This document shows, in pieces, positions 37,936-50,827 of a stretch of DNA of 64,000 nucleotides. The DNA is taken from positions 81,594,001-81,658,000 of the forward strand of contig NC_086097.1 of the NCBI RefSeq assembly GCF_963921235.1, in the 5' to 3' direction. The translations under genes and the position numbers were made by a program. This DNA is from Mobula hypostoma. Lineage: Eukaryota. Below the pieces are notes generated by a model, which had not been told where the DNA came from, made no database searches, and saw nothing but the letters and a program-made list of their open reading frames with translations. Each line of letters opens with the position of its first letter. The stretch's first letter is position 1.

Positions 37936-39494
37936 GCAATGTTTTTGGTTTAGTAGACAGTAAGACCAGCGTTTCGCAAATACTGAAATATTTTTTCAGC
38001 ACAACCTGATATCATTTACCCCCAGAACTACTTTATATCAACATTTCAGAACCATTATTGCATAGGCACAGAGGGGTAAGCAATTCACTGCATGAACCTA
38101 GAATACTTACAGTATGGATTAGGACCCTCTTTCTTCTGATGGATTTATTCCCACGTCTCACACTGTGCCACGTGAAGCCAGTGCACAGAAGAGCCTTTGG
38201 GCTGAGGATGCAATCATGGATGGTGTGGGCAACAGAATCAGGGACCCAAAGGCACATACAGACAGAGTACAGCTTGCAGAGGCTGCATGGGGCGGGGTGA
38301 GTGGAGGTCAACAGAACTCGAGCCCCAGCTAAGTGTGTAAAGCAACAATGTAAGACAAGAAGTTACCTCTGGGATCTGAAACAAGAACGGAACACTGGAA
38401 GCACTCCATGAGTCAAGCAGCGTCAGCAGAGACAAAATATATAAGCTGACTTTCCAGGTCAAGACCATGCTTCAGGATGGAAAGGAAACAGGAATGATTG
38501 CCAGTATATAGCAGAACAAGGGGAGTGGAATAGAATTATAATCCACCCTTAGATAGTAGAACAATGACACTTAAATCATTCAGGTAGAACGGTATTTGTT
38601 CATTCCAGAGGAATTCACCAATATCAATATTTGCTGGGAATTTTTTTGGTACTATTCCCTCATAAAGATTACCTTCATTAAGGAAGGTTTCTTGAATTTG
38701 TCCAACTTCCTCCAAATTAATTGGACAAGACATCCTACGAGATCGGCCACCTCCTTTTAGCTGGCAAATCAGAGCAGCTGAAGATTTGGTGAAATGACAC
38801 TTGGCTGATGGTATCTGCAACAGTGACCAGCTTTCACAAGTAGTTCATTAGTTAAGTGCTTTGAGATCTTCCCAGGTCATCAGAGGCGATATACAAATGT
38901 AAATCTCTCTTCAGTTTAATTTTGCACAATTGATATTATCTAATAAATGTAATCTTTACAGCTCAAAATTCCCACATCACTATTAGTTACATGAATTAAT
39001 TTGCCTTTCTGAAATATTTTGCAGCAGATGAATGAGTCAATCAGCTCTACCTTCAGGGACTGATGAAACACTATTCCATCTGAAATTGCTTTTGAAAATA
39101 CCTTTTGCCAAGTTTTATCATTTAACTATGTGCAAAGTTACAAATCAACAGCAGGCAATGACACAAAAAAACTGCATGAAAGTCACAAGGATATGTAAGT
39201 GTCCATTATAATTTGTCAAAATTTATGGATGCTGGGAGTCAGGCTTCAGTTTCTGATTTTAAACACCGTCCACTCCCTGGTGGGAAAGAAGCCTGAAGGC
39301 AGGAATCCGATGGCAGCTTTCTGCCCACTTCCCACATTGTTGTAAACTGTTCAAAATTAGAACAAACCCACAGTATGAAAAAGGATGCACATCTGGTTTT
39401 AATTAAGACCAACAACAATATCATTTTCATCAAGTATAAACAAGGAAAGAGCAGTTTAAGTGGTATATTCTGAGATCTCCGTACAATCGAGCCA

Positions 39495-39850
39495 CAGCCT
39501 TGGCTCAGTGGGAGAAACAGAACACCTAGTTAAGGTATGGGTCAGCTAGTTCTTATCCGATTAAATTTATTGGGCTTGAGTTCAAGTGCATTGCCAGAAA
39601 TCTGAGCACAAATTCTAGATCAGCACTTTGTTGCATTACTACTATGCAAGTACTGCAACACCGAGGAAGCCACCCGTTCGGCAACATCGTATTCTGACGT
39701 CCCAACCACCCTCTCAATAGACATAAAGTATTACCCAGAAAGCATCGTAATCTCCTGAGACCTGGCCAAAACTTATCCCTCTGCCAATATCCAACACATA
39801 AGTATTTCCTTATTGTCACCTTACTGCTTGAAAAGGATTGCACTGTAGAG
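39495..39850 (+). mobile_element. SacSINE1/DeuSINE-like ancient SINE
   Basis: A-box-like tggctcagtgg, B-box-like gagttcaagt, then gagcacaaattctag...ctggccaaaacttatccctc. Similar to 43760-44135. Confidence 0.65.
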
Positions 39851-39867
39851 ATTATGGACACACAAGA

Positions 39868-40370
39868 TAGGCTACAGATGCTGGAAATCCTGAGCAACAC
39901 ACCAAATTCTGCAGGAGCTCAGCAGGTCAAGCAACATCAATGGAGAGAAATGGACAGTCAACATTTCAGGCTGAGAACCTTCACAAGGACTGGAAAGAAA
40001 AATGATAGACAAAAGAATAAATGATTGGAGGAGTGGAAGGAGCTGGTAGTGATAGATGAATCCAGGTGTAAAGGGCAAGGTAGGTAGAAAGGTGGTGGTG
40101 GTGGGGGGGGCGGGGTGAAGAGTGTGTATGATAGGAGAAGCTGGGAGGTGGAGGGCCGAAAAAAGAATTTGACCAGAGAGGCCAGTAGACTGTGAGTAAA
40201 GGGAAGGAGGTGGAGAAGATGAGTGACAGACAGGTCGTGAGAATAGAGGAAGAGAAAAAGAAGTGGAAAGAGGGCTTGAGGGATAAGGGAAAACAAGGAA
40301 GGGGGGCTACAGAGGGGACCGGTCATTACAGGTTAGAGAAATCTATGTTGATGTCACCTGGTTAGAGGCT
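39868..40370 (-). mobile_element. Penelope 3' end / terminal-repeat fragment
   Basis: Reverse complement aligns with 52170-52640. Smaller fragments at about 4762-4803, 27830-27897, 38340-38530, 40570-40685, 42170-42400, 42590-42675 and 53745-53870. Confidence 0.8.
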
Positions 40371-40804
40371 ATCATGGTTTCAAGAAGCAACTCAATAAGT
40401 GACCTGCTTTGGTAGCCATGGTATTTATGTGACTGGTCCAGGTGATTTTTGGTTCATTAGTAGTCCCCAGGATGCAACAGTAATGTTACAGAACACAAAC
40501 AATGGCTGGTTTAACTCTGTCTTGTTGGACACGGCTATTGACTTACATCTTCTAGAGCATCTCTTTACAAAGAAACTCAGCGGGTCAGGCAGCATTGGTG
40601 GAGGGAAATGTACAGCCAACATTTCAGGTTGAGAGCCTTCATCTGGATCAGGATTGACCCATGAGATCCCCCAGCAGCTTGTGTTATGCCTGAAAGTTAT
40701 CAGGGTATTGCTGCATGCATTTATAGACTGCCTCATTTGCTGAGGTTTTGCTAATTACACTGAATACTTTTGACATTAAGATGATAAAGGTATACAAGAC
40801 CATG

Positions 40805-41125
40805 AAGGATGTTCATTGTTCATTCATTGGCATCCATCTGTCTCAAAGCTCAATGGGTGATAACCATCATCATCACAAGCCTGGGTGGAAGGTATGGAGA
40901 TCCTGAGATGCCCAGTTGTCAAGATCCCCCTCTCGGCCTCACCCATGTAGTCCAAAGGAAAGCTTATGAAGCAATACTTTTGGCACCAGCTTGGCTGCAG
41001 GAACTGCTGGAAGGATGTTCAATGACGTCCAGCCGCCTTAGGGGCTCCACTCTGGATTTGCTGTCTGGGTTCACTCCCATAGCCTTCGTCTCTCCCGAGG
41101 CTGCCCACAAGGCAGTGGGGCATGA
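40805..41125 (-). mobile_element. RTE-type element 5' region (non-coding)
   Basis: ggctccactctggatttg...ggttcactcccatagcc resembles antisense RTE-clade 5' UTRs. Resemblance only. Confidence 0.45.
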
Positions 41126-41129
41126 TGAA

Positions 41130-41440
41130 GGATGTAGACAAGGTAAAAGCACTTGTTTTTTTTCTAGAATAATATAGGGCAGGCAGAGGTTTAAAATGAG
41201 AGGCAAGACATTTGAAAAAGGACATCAGAGGCAGCACCTTCACTCAAAGGATAGTTCACACTTGGAATGAGTTGACTTGGGCACATTAACAACATTTCAA
41301 AGGCATCTACGTAAGCATTTGGATAGGAGAGGTTTTGTGGGCTTTGGGCTAAACACAGGCGAATTGGGCGAGCCTGCTGGACGACACAGTTTTCATGAGT
41401 GTGTTGGGTGAAGGACCTATTTCCATGCTGTACCCCTCTG
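41130..41440 (+). mobile_element. CR1 3' end, old
   Basis: aggtttaaaatgagagg...cacttggaatgagttg...gaaggacctatttccatgctgtac is a CR1-type 3' terminus. Confidence 0.65.
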
Positions 41441-43055
41441 ATGAAAGAAAAGTCACTGATCAAGCATGTTGATCCCAAAACACTGCTCCAAGGTTTTCCT
41501 TCAATGATGTCCTGGGACAGGGATAACTAACCTTAAACAATCCCCATTATCTGCCTTGTCTAAGATATAACTACAACCACGGGAGTGTTTTTACTCTTGA
41601 TTTCCCTTTGCCTTCAGTTTGACGAGTTTTTCCTAATGACACACTCTGTTGAATGCTGCCATGATGTCACTTTCACCTTACTTCAAGAACTGAATTGTCC
41701 AGTCCATGTTTAAATCAGCACTGGGAGGAGGTTCAGAGCTGAGTGGTCAATAAACCAGGCATCTATGAGCAGATCATTGTAAATGCAGCCTGATGTCACT
41801 GTCAGTAACACCTTCATTACTTTCTGATCGGAGGTAGGCAGACTGAGTAGTAATTAGTGGGACTGGATTCGATTCGTTTCTATGAATAGGATACACCTGG
41901 ACTAATTTCTGCATTGTCAGGTATCCGTCTGTGTTATAACTGTTAAGGAATTGTTAGTTCTAGAGAAAAGATATTCATTATTACCGCAGCTGGAACATTA
42001 TCTCCATGTCCTCTGCCATTTGTTGTATCCAGTCTGTCAGCTTTCTTTTCCCCCCATGTCACATATGGTGAACTGAGTTGGTTGACAACTAGTGGTTGAG
42101 ATGCCATGATCTCAGGAGGAAGCCAAGATGGATCATTTATTCATGCGAAAATGTATGGGAGAAAATGGTCAGTTGAGATTTTGGGTCATGACCCTTCATC
42201 TGTACTGAAAGAGCAGGAGTGAGGTAGTTAATATAGAAGAGTTGAGTGCAGGGGTGGGGAGGAACTGGCTAGTGATAGGTGGATCCAGGTGAGGAAGGGT
42301 GATTGGCAGATTGAGAAGGAAAGGGTGGGAATAGCAACAGAAAGGTTACCAAGGACTGCAGGTGATGGAACCTGATAAGAAAGGAAGATGGATCATGGCT
42401 CTAAATAAGGAAGGTGGTGCTGATAACGATATTAGGTTGTACTTAGTTACTATGATCTCCTCACAGATACCCAGTTCACTGACCACTCCAACGTTATGTA
42501 AGTGGTGGGAAAAATACAGATTACGGGCAGTAGGTGGGAGGGAGAGAGGAATGGTTGTTAGTGGGCCCACCCCACCTCCCTTATTTGGTTTCCCTCCAGA
42601 GAGGCTGCCTGATCCAGAGTTCCTCCAGCAGGTTTTTTTTGCTCTAGATTCCAGCAACAGCAGTCTTTTGTTTCTCCATTTAGTCAGTTCTTCCAGCTGC
42701 ATTCTAACAGCAAATACAATTCAACGTACTGCACGAACTGCAAATTGTTTTGGTGTCCCCAGAGATCAACCAAAATGGAGCAAAGCAGTAGCATTCCAAA
42801 TCATGAGACTAGTTTCAAAGTCTTGAGTCATAAATTTATTTTGGGGCAAAAAGTGTAATGGGGATTTGATGAAAATCATTAGCAGGAAATGATTATGAAT
42901 TCCAACTTACCTATGGTAGAAACTTACAAAAGGCAGTTTAATGGACAATTGAGGAAAAGTATTTTGCAGGACTTTGGGGAAAGAGGAGGAGAGCAGTACT
43001 GACTAATCCAAGGGAGTCAACATTGACTTGGTGAGGGGAAGCCTTCCTTGTGTCC

Positions 43056-43236
43056 CAATACACATCAAAGTTGCTGGTGAACGCAGCAGGCCAGGCAGCA
43101 TCTATAGGAAGAGGTACAGTCCACATTTTGGGCCGAGACCCTCTTCCTATAGATGCTGACTGGCCTGCTACATTCACCTGCAACTTTGATGTGTGTTGCT
43201 TGAATTTCCAGCATCTGCAGAATTCCTCGTGTTTGC
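43056..43236. mobile_element. Fold-back of two Penelope terminal fragments
   Basis: 43056-43113 pairs with 43141-43198 with few mismatches. The spacer is an antisense hammerhead half (ggtctcggcccaaaatgtggactg on the minus strand). Confidence 0.9.
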
Positions 43237-43759
43237 GTCCCAATAGTTCTGTTTCCACTCACATTACAAGGACTCAAGGATTTGCTTGGTTACAAGTTAA
43301 ACAAAATGTCAGAACAAAGTTTAAGTAAATTCTTTATTCTCCTGTGCAAGTAATTAATGTTTGTAAAGTGCTTTTATTCTTAAGCAATCTAAACGAATTG
43401 TGTCTAATTCATTCTTCCTTCCTTACAGTATAGAGCAAACAGATGTTTCCACATAAACTCAACCATGAAAATCAAGCGTGCCTCGTCAGAAAAATATGAA
43501 ACTATAGCAAGCATCTGATTGAAATCTTTTTTGTCAGAAATCGTCCAATATGGTCTTCAATCCTAAAATTTAAGGCTGCTTCTTTTTCCTTGGAAGCTTT
43601 CTGACCTCCTGAATGTATGCAGCAATTCCTGTATTTAGTTAAGAGTGAGCAACACATTTTAATTCACAAGTCAGCAAAATGAAAAGATTCTCATTTCAAC
43701 AATTCTGTCTGAATTCAAATTCACGTTCAGTACCTAAATTTAACCAGTTGAAGAGGCAA

Positions 43760-44135
43760 CTATGGCTCTGTTGTTAGCACAGCTGCCTCCTAATTAGGCT
43801 CATGTGATTCAATTCTATTGCATAGATCAGAGCACAAAAATCTAGGCCGACAATCTAACACTGAAGATATTATGCCCCAAATAAAACATTAAATAGACTG
43901 GCCTCTACTTCACCAGATGCAAACAAACAATCCCACGGTTCTGCTTTCAGGAGCAGGGGATCTACCATCGGTGACTTGGTTTATTAATTTTATCCATCAA
44001 TGAGAAGTTTCTGAGTATCAGTTAAAACTTAGAGAGAAATTGCTGAATGCAGATGGCTACTCTGTTTCTTTCATTACAACACAAGGGAGACTGGTTTGCT
44101 GTACAGTGCTATGGCATATCCAAAGGCTGTGAAGA
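43760..44135 (+). mobile_element. SacSINE1/DeuSINE-like ancient SINE
   Basis: tggctctgttgttagcac, gagcacaaaaatctaggccgaca, gagcagggga, atggctactctgtttctttcattacaaca. Matching tails also at about 35640-35762 and 38760-38912. Confidence 0.65.
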
Positions 44136-46079
44136 GGAGCTTTAAGTGTTGGCCAATCTTTCACCACAGACTTTTAATGACTCAATCAGAAGGAGAAAAC
44201 CCCAACTTCTTTTGCCGTATGGGTTTGTTGCACGATTTACTCTTTACATCCAACTTCATATTATTGGAAAATGCATTGTATTTTCTATGTATTACAGTAT
44301 TTACTCAAATGCACACATTGTATTTTCTATATTTACTATGTAACCACTGCTAGCTCAATAGAAGGTATTCACTATGTAGCCATGACTTTTGACCTGATCA
44401 CTATTAATTCATGAAGAGAACTAGAATGAAACCAAGTAGAAAGATTTAACTGTGGCGAGTAAGGTGATGAAATATGTGGCAGTACGTCAACGCAAGACTA
44501 ATTAAGAAATAACTGTGGTTAGGGATGAGAGGACATATGGTCTAAAATGTAAACTAGGACATAATTAAGTTGGGGAGTAAAACAATAGTGGAAAGTCGAG
44601 AGCGGGTATATTGATGATATGTAATCACAGGCCGACTGGATATGATAATGTAGCTAAGATAGGAAATTGCTATTAAAAATGCTGTATACAAGCCTCGACG
44701 GGCAGTCAGCTACTAGCTTTCTGATTGTCTCAGCTTTGATTTGCAAATTAAAGTTTAAAACATCTTGACGAGTTTTCTGCGTCTCCTTGTCGTTTGTGAG
44801 AAACGAGAAAGCATGACAAAATCCAGTAATCCAGGAACAAAAAAAATTCTGAAGATGTCTTCTACAACCCAACTCAAACCATAAACCTAGCTTAGCTGTT
44901 TTCAATGCCTGCATTGCCTATTGATTTCTACCTCTTCAGATATTTTGCTCTTATTGCCTTCAGTTTAGGTCTTTTCAAGAAATTTAAAGAAGAGAGGTCA
45001 ACCATACTTTACAGAATCGTGAATTATTTATGAATGTTGTCAGGAGCTGAAACCAGTACCTGAACCCTCTTAACTGGAGGAAAGGTAGCTCCGATCAAAA
45101 CATTCCACTTAGTACACTCTCTTCCGGGCTTATTGCCCAAAAATGTGCGGCACAGTCATAAATTAAATTTCACCAATACAGCCAACAACATTAAATTCAT
45201 CAATAAGTTGCTTTACATTGTTAAGCAACAAGCCTTTTTTGGTCAATACTCTAAGTAGTGACAATCCACATTGACGCAAAATAGACAAGTAAGCCAGTCA
45301 TTTAGTATACCATGTGGTAATAAAACTCATCAATTCAGCATTCAGGAACAAAGCCCATTCTATCAATGCTGTAATAAACCACTGTGTCAATGCTGGATAC
45401 ACAGATTTTTCTTGGCAGATAGATTATCCCACAGTGAACCCTACTTAGGAGGAGTGGAAGCATTGCATTTTCTTCTCCACAGCATGAGGTTTGCTGCTAA
45501 TTAAGAATGATTGGCAAAACAAAATAAAATAGCTGAATAACTGCTGAATGTTTCTGCTAGCCAATATAATGAGAAGGAACTGGGCTTGATCAAGTTGCAA
45601 ATATGCCTCATTATAAATGGTCAATTGCTAAGACACAAGTTTAAAAAACCTGGAATCACACTGAACAAAAATTGAATTTAGTGCATTGCATAACCAACAA
45701 CTTGACCACAGGCAAAACAAAGAGAGAAACATCTTCTCCAGATCTCCCTCAGCTGTATGTGGTGCAAGGTTTGGGAGACGAGGAGGGAAATAGAACACCG
45801 ACGTAGCATGAAGAACTATTCCAACCTGGAATCCACCCAGTCTCAACAAGGAATAAACGTTTCACATTTATCCAGATCTCTTATTACTAATACTCTTCTT
45901 GTATAACATTGTACTATGAAGAGTCACTAAGAATTCCTCTTATATCATCTTAACCTTTTCTCCAGAATAAGTGACTACATCCAACCCAAGGAATGGGTAT
46001 TACTATGATAGTTTTCTCACTTGATCATATAGGAATATTCTAATCTAATCACTGATATGATAATTATTTTCTCACCATG

Positions 46080-46345
46080 GAGAGTCTCCAAGCCCAGCTG
46101 TGAAGTGAGGACAGTTAGCATGGGGCTAGCAACCCCATCACATAAAACACAGGGCCACAGAAGTGCCAACAGAAGCTCCAAGGACCTCATTCCTGGGAAA
46201 GGAAGGAGCTTCGCCTAGAAGTTATATGAAGTCATGTGGTGAAAGCGGAAGCCACAGGGCCGATCAACCTTCTAATGGCCTAGAACAGACGACTCTGGCA
46301 GCCACTGTGGCGGCCCAGGCCCCAGTAAGGGTAGTGGGCTAAAGA
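46080..46345 (+). mobile_element. Short RTE-derived non-autonomous element
   Basis: RTE-like 5' motif gggctagcaaccccatcacataaaaac joined to an RTE-like 3' end (ggcctagaacagacgactctggc...ggcggccca). Resemblance only. Confidence 0.5.
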
Positions 46346-46612
46346 AAAAAAATAAGCATGCAACAAATTGCAATTGAAGGGTAAAAGGAAACACGCAGGC
46401 CAGGCAGTGGGTTAATTTGATCAGTTGTTAAATTATTGCTCTTCATTATCCTATTAACAAGCACAGGATTTAAGAAGAAATTGCTATTTAAAATTTGCAT
46501 TCAATCTACCTGAACAATTACTGTTGTACAAATTATAAGCAGCACAGAGTGTGGTGAAGTGAAACAACGTTACCTCATGGCTGGTCCATACTCCAGATCA
46601 ATGGTTCCCAAA

Positions 46613-47440
46613 GAATCAGAATCAGGTTTAATATCACGGGCATGTGTCATGAAATTGGTTGTTTTGCGGCAGCAGTACATTGCAATACATAATAATAAAA
46701 AAACTACATTACAGTAAGTAAGAGAGGGAAAAAATAAAATACAGAGTTAGTGCTCATGGGTTCATTGCCCATTCAGAAATCTGATGTTGGAGGGAAAGAA
46801 ACCGCTCCTGAAATATTGCATGTCTATCTTCAGGCTCCTGCACCTCCTCTACAATGGTAGCAATGAGTGGGGGTATGTCCTTGGCGATGGGGGTCCTTAA
46901 TGATGGATGCCACCTTTCTGAGTCATCGCCTTTTGAAGGTATCCTGGATGCAGGGGAGACTAGTGCCCATGATGGAGCTGGCTGAGTTTATAACTTTCTG
47001 CCGCTCCTTCCGATTGTGTGCAGTGGCCCCTCAGTATTAAGACAGCGATGCAACCAGTTAGATTGCTCTACACAGTGCATGTGTAAAAATTTGCAAGTGT
47101 TCTTGTTCACAAACCAATTCTCCTCAAACTCCTAATGAAATATAGCCACTGTCTTGCCTTTTGTAATTACATCGATATGTTGGGCCCAGGCCGTATGCCC
47201 AGGAACTTGAAACCCTTTCCACTTCTGATCCCTCGACGGGGACTGACATTGGTATTCCCTCGGCTACCCCTTCTTGGAGTCCACAATCAATCCCTTGGTC
47301 TTACTGATGCTAAGTGCAACTGTATGCCTCCACGTCACCATCTGAAATTCTGCCAACAATAGCTGTCTCCACAGCAAATTTATAGATGAAGCTACACAAT
47401 TATGGGTGTAGAGAGAGTAGAGCCGTGGACTAAGCATGCT
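46613..47440 (-). mobile_element. Rex1/Babar-type 3' fragment inserted just inside the hAT left TIR
   Basis: Tail gaatcagaatcaggtttaatatcac. Antisense ORF end resembles 24150-24700. Confidence 0.85.
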
Positions 47441-49867
47441 AGTAAGGTGTTGTCACCCCCCCCCCCACTGCCCCCCGAAGGTGGTGGGAGTTTCTAAGGG
47501 AAAAATAAAGATAAAAGGGGTGGTCGGGGGGGGGGGCGAAGGGGGACAGCTGAGTGATTTCAGGCTTAATTTAAGAAATAAATTACTTATTATCAGCATT
47601 TGATCCTCAGTGCCTCATAATTGATTACAATGATTAGGTGATCACCTCATCTCTTACTAACCCTCCTTTCTCTTAGACCTTGCTCGAAGTGTGTTATAGT
47701 TGTTGAAAAGCAATGTGAAATTTCTGTATTTGGTGTATCATGAGAAATCTAGACTGAAGAAATTGTGTTATTTCTGGGCCAGTCTGCACATTATTGCCAT
47801 TCACTACTGTAGTACAGTATTAGCTAGTATGATTCCAAATCTCTACACACCAGTGACTCGATTCCTGTGAATTTGGCTATTGTATTCCATGGGGTAAAGT
47901 TCATACACTGCCCTTTCAAATGGTCTTGACCGTATTTCTCTGCCCATGGAACAACTGAGATATTGCTGCCCCATTTTATGTACCTTCAGGCAACGAATCA
48001 GGATTTGCCTGAGCTATTATGACATCATAACTTCTCCCCTTTATCGACTGAAGCGCTTGAGGTTCGATTTAACCAACAGGCAACTGACCATGGTCATTAA
48101 TCCATAATGAAAATAGTAGACAATGACAAAATGAAGAAGAGGTATAGACAGTCGTATAGCCTAGAGTATCTGAAGTACGGATTTATACTAGCATCAAACA
48201 ACCAACAGCAGCCAATGTGATTGCTATATGAAAAAGTTTTTTTCAACTGAGACAATGAAAGCGTCCAGGCTCCTTGAACGTTTGAAGAGAACACATTCTG
48301 ATAAAGTAAACAAGAACTTACCTTACTTTCAGTCATTTCATGAAAACTTTGAGAAATGAAAAATATTTCAAAACACGTTTGCCAGCACTTCATAAACAGT
48401 GATGGTTTGGTGCTTCATATACTTCATTAGTTATTGCTAAATCTGGAAAGCCCCATACATTTGAAGAACTGATTTTGCCAGCAGTTAAGGAGGTTCTAAC
48501 TATAGTTTTACATCAGTCAGCAGACCAAATAATTACAGCAATTCCACTTGGTAACAACTCTGTTCAAAGACAAATAGATAAAATGTCTGAGAATATAGAA
48601 GATATGTTGTGCAACATACTTAGGATAACAGAATTTGCTCTGCGGTTGGATGAGTGAACTTAGCCAGGCAACAAACCTTTGCTTTATTGTTAATGTTTGT
48701 TTCATAAAAGATGAAAGCATGACTCAAGAGCTGTTATTTGCAAGAGGACTAGAAACAGATACTAAAGGGAGTCAATATTTCGGGTTGTTGAGCAGTTTTT
48801 CAAAGAGAAGAGCATTCCATTCACCAATATTCCTGCTTGTGCAACAGACAGGGCACCTTCAATGATAGGACTCCACTGTGGGGTAATTATTTTCTTGAAC
48901 AAAAGCTATACCTAACAGACATTCACTATGTAATTCACAGACAACATTGTGTCACAAATAAACTATATGATTGGCTACACAAATTAATAAATACTTTTAT
49001 CACAGAGATAAATAAAATCAAGTCCCATGCCCTCAACTATCAACAATTTCAAGAGCACAGTATTGAGAATGATGAACAGCTTGAATGCTTACTGTTGCAC
49101 ACAGAAGTCAGATGGCTCTCAAAAGAGATGCCTTTATGTGTTTTTTCAAACTGTGATAAAATTATTTGAGGACTTGAATGCTGCATTTAGTAATCAACTG
49201 AAGAATATTAAGCATGACATTGCTTATCTGTCAGATTATTAACAAAGTTTAATGAAATCAATCTTCAATTGCAAGGAAATTATGTGAATCTTATTCAAGT
49301 CAAATCAGTTGTAGCTAAATTTCTGTCCAAGTTAACCCTATTTAAGTGCAGCATTGGCCATTGTGATCTTTTCCAATTTCTGAGGCTCTCTGAGTTGGAA
49401 CAGAAAGAAAGAAAGAATACCAGATTATGATCTTCAAGTGTGCTGTGGCCACCAATGAGAGCTGCATAAAGATAAGTCAGGATCTTCCCTCGATCCAAAT
49501 TCCAGATTGGGTAATAAATGCATTCCTGAACACCTGTAAAGAGGAATTAACAGGAAGGATGGAGGAGAAACTGATCTCACTACAAGCTGACTTAGAGCTG
49601 AAGCAGAGATTCAAAAAATCATATCAAGACTTTTGACTGCAGAGGGAAATCTCTGAACACTATCCTGCACTTCGGGAAAAAGGTCAAATTGTTCTTTACT
49701 TCCTCTCCAACACTATATTTAGTGCAGCACAGTTTCAGTGCAGTTGCCCAACTTCTTTCAAAGCAACAAAATAGAATGCAAATTACTAAATGTGAGGATC
49801 TGAGACTCATTTTGATTAACATTCAGTTTGATGTTGAGAACCTGATAACATTGCACCAAGCCTGTCA

Positions 49868-49933
49868 TTTGTATCATTTCTTAATGACAATAAAAGAGGA
49901 CTGCGTGTCCTCATAATCTAATCTAATCTAATC
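49868..49933 (+). mobile_element. Family A 3' tip with (TAATC)n tail
   Basis: ttgtatcatttcttaatgacaataaaagaggactgcgtgtcctca followed by taatc four times, inside the last codons of the transposase. Confidence 0.85.
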
Positions 49934-50457
49934 ATCTCATTGAAAGGTGAAAAAGCAATGAAGTAGTGAATAGTAGCACTACTAATGTTTTCTCCAAAAT
50001 TGGTGAGTAAAATTGTTTTTACTGTAATAAGAAATAATTTTATTTGTAGCTTTAAATAGATTTGAATTTTTTTTGCGGTCATTTGTTACTGCTTTGAATT
50101 TGCAGCTCCTATTTTCTTTCACTGTGCATTGTAAATCAAAATTCTTTATAGCTTTTATGTAATGGCCAGAAAGTGACAGAGGTCACCTGGGGACGTGGTC
50201 TGGGATCCAAAGGGGTAGAACCCAAATAGGTTTGGGAACCACTGCTCTATATTCACTTTGAAAGGGATTGGGGGTTTCGTAGACAAGGGAGAGGGAAAAC
50301 ATGGAACAAAAGGCAAGCAATTTTTAAAGAGTAAGTGTATTCAGTGGTAAATTGCAAGTGTTCTAAACTCAGGTGTACATTTGCCACTGTGGAGAATATG
50401 CCAGAATAGTGAAAGGTTAAAAACTGATGAAAAGGAAGGGTGAGGAATCTTTCATGA

Positions 50458-50752
50458 TATACATAGAAACATAGAAAATAGGTGCAGGAGTAGGCCATTC
50501 AGCCCTTCAAGCCTGCACCGCCATTCAGTATGATCATGGCTGATCATCCAACTCAGAACCCTGTACCAGCCTTCCCTCCATACCCCCTGATCCCTTTAGC
50601 CACAAAAGCCATATCTAACTCACTCTTAAATATAGCCAATGAACTGGTCTCAACTGCTTCCTGTGGCAGAGAATTCCACAGATTCACCACTCTCTGTGTG
50701 AAGAAGTTTTTCCTAATCTCGGTCCTAAAAGGCTTCCCCTTTATCCTCAAAC
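50458..50752 (-). mobile_element. Young CR1 3' end
   Basis: LRIKGKPFRTEIRKNFFTQRVVNLWNSLPQEAVE. Tail acatagaaacatagaaa. Confidence 0.92.
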
Positions 50753-50827
50753 CAATACCTCCTTGGACAAAACATTGCACATTACTGTGCACATTTTTCT
50801 GCAAAGATAATGGTGATAAAGATATAT

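Larger units (their letters stand above)
46599..50244 (+). mobile_element. hAT-Charlie/Buster (ZBED5/SCAND3-like) transposon, decayed
   Basis: TIRs caatggttcccaaa (46599) and tttgggaaccactg (50231-50244). TSD ctccagat / ctctatat (6/8). Transposase at about 48110-49943: YSLEYLKYGF, IAKSGKPH, IPLGNNSVQRQIDKM, FALRLDE, LLLHTEVRWLSK. Confidence 0.9.

Noticed and set aside
39495..39600. tRNA-like A and B boxes
   Set aside because: SINE head with no cloverleaf; not a tRNA gene.
43410..43520. Acceptor-like ttcttccttccttacag followed by a short frame
   Set aside because: All frames close within about 30 codons, the peptide is unrecognisable, and there is no other support.
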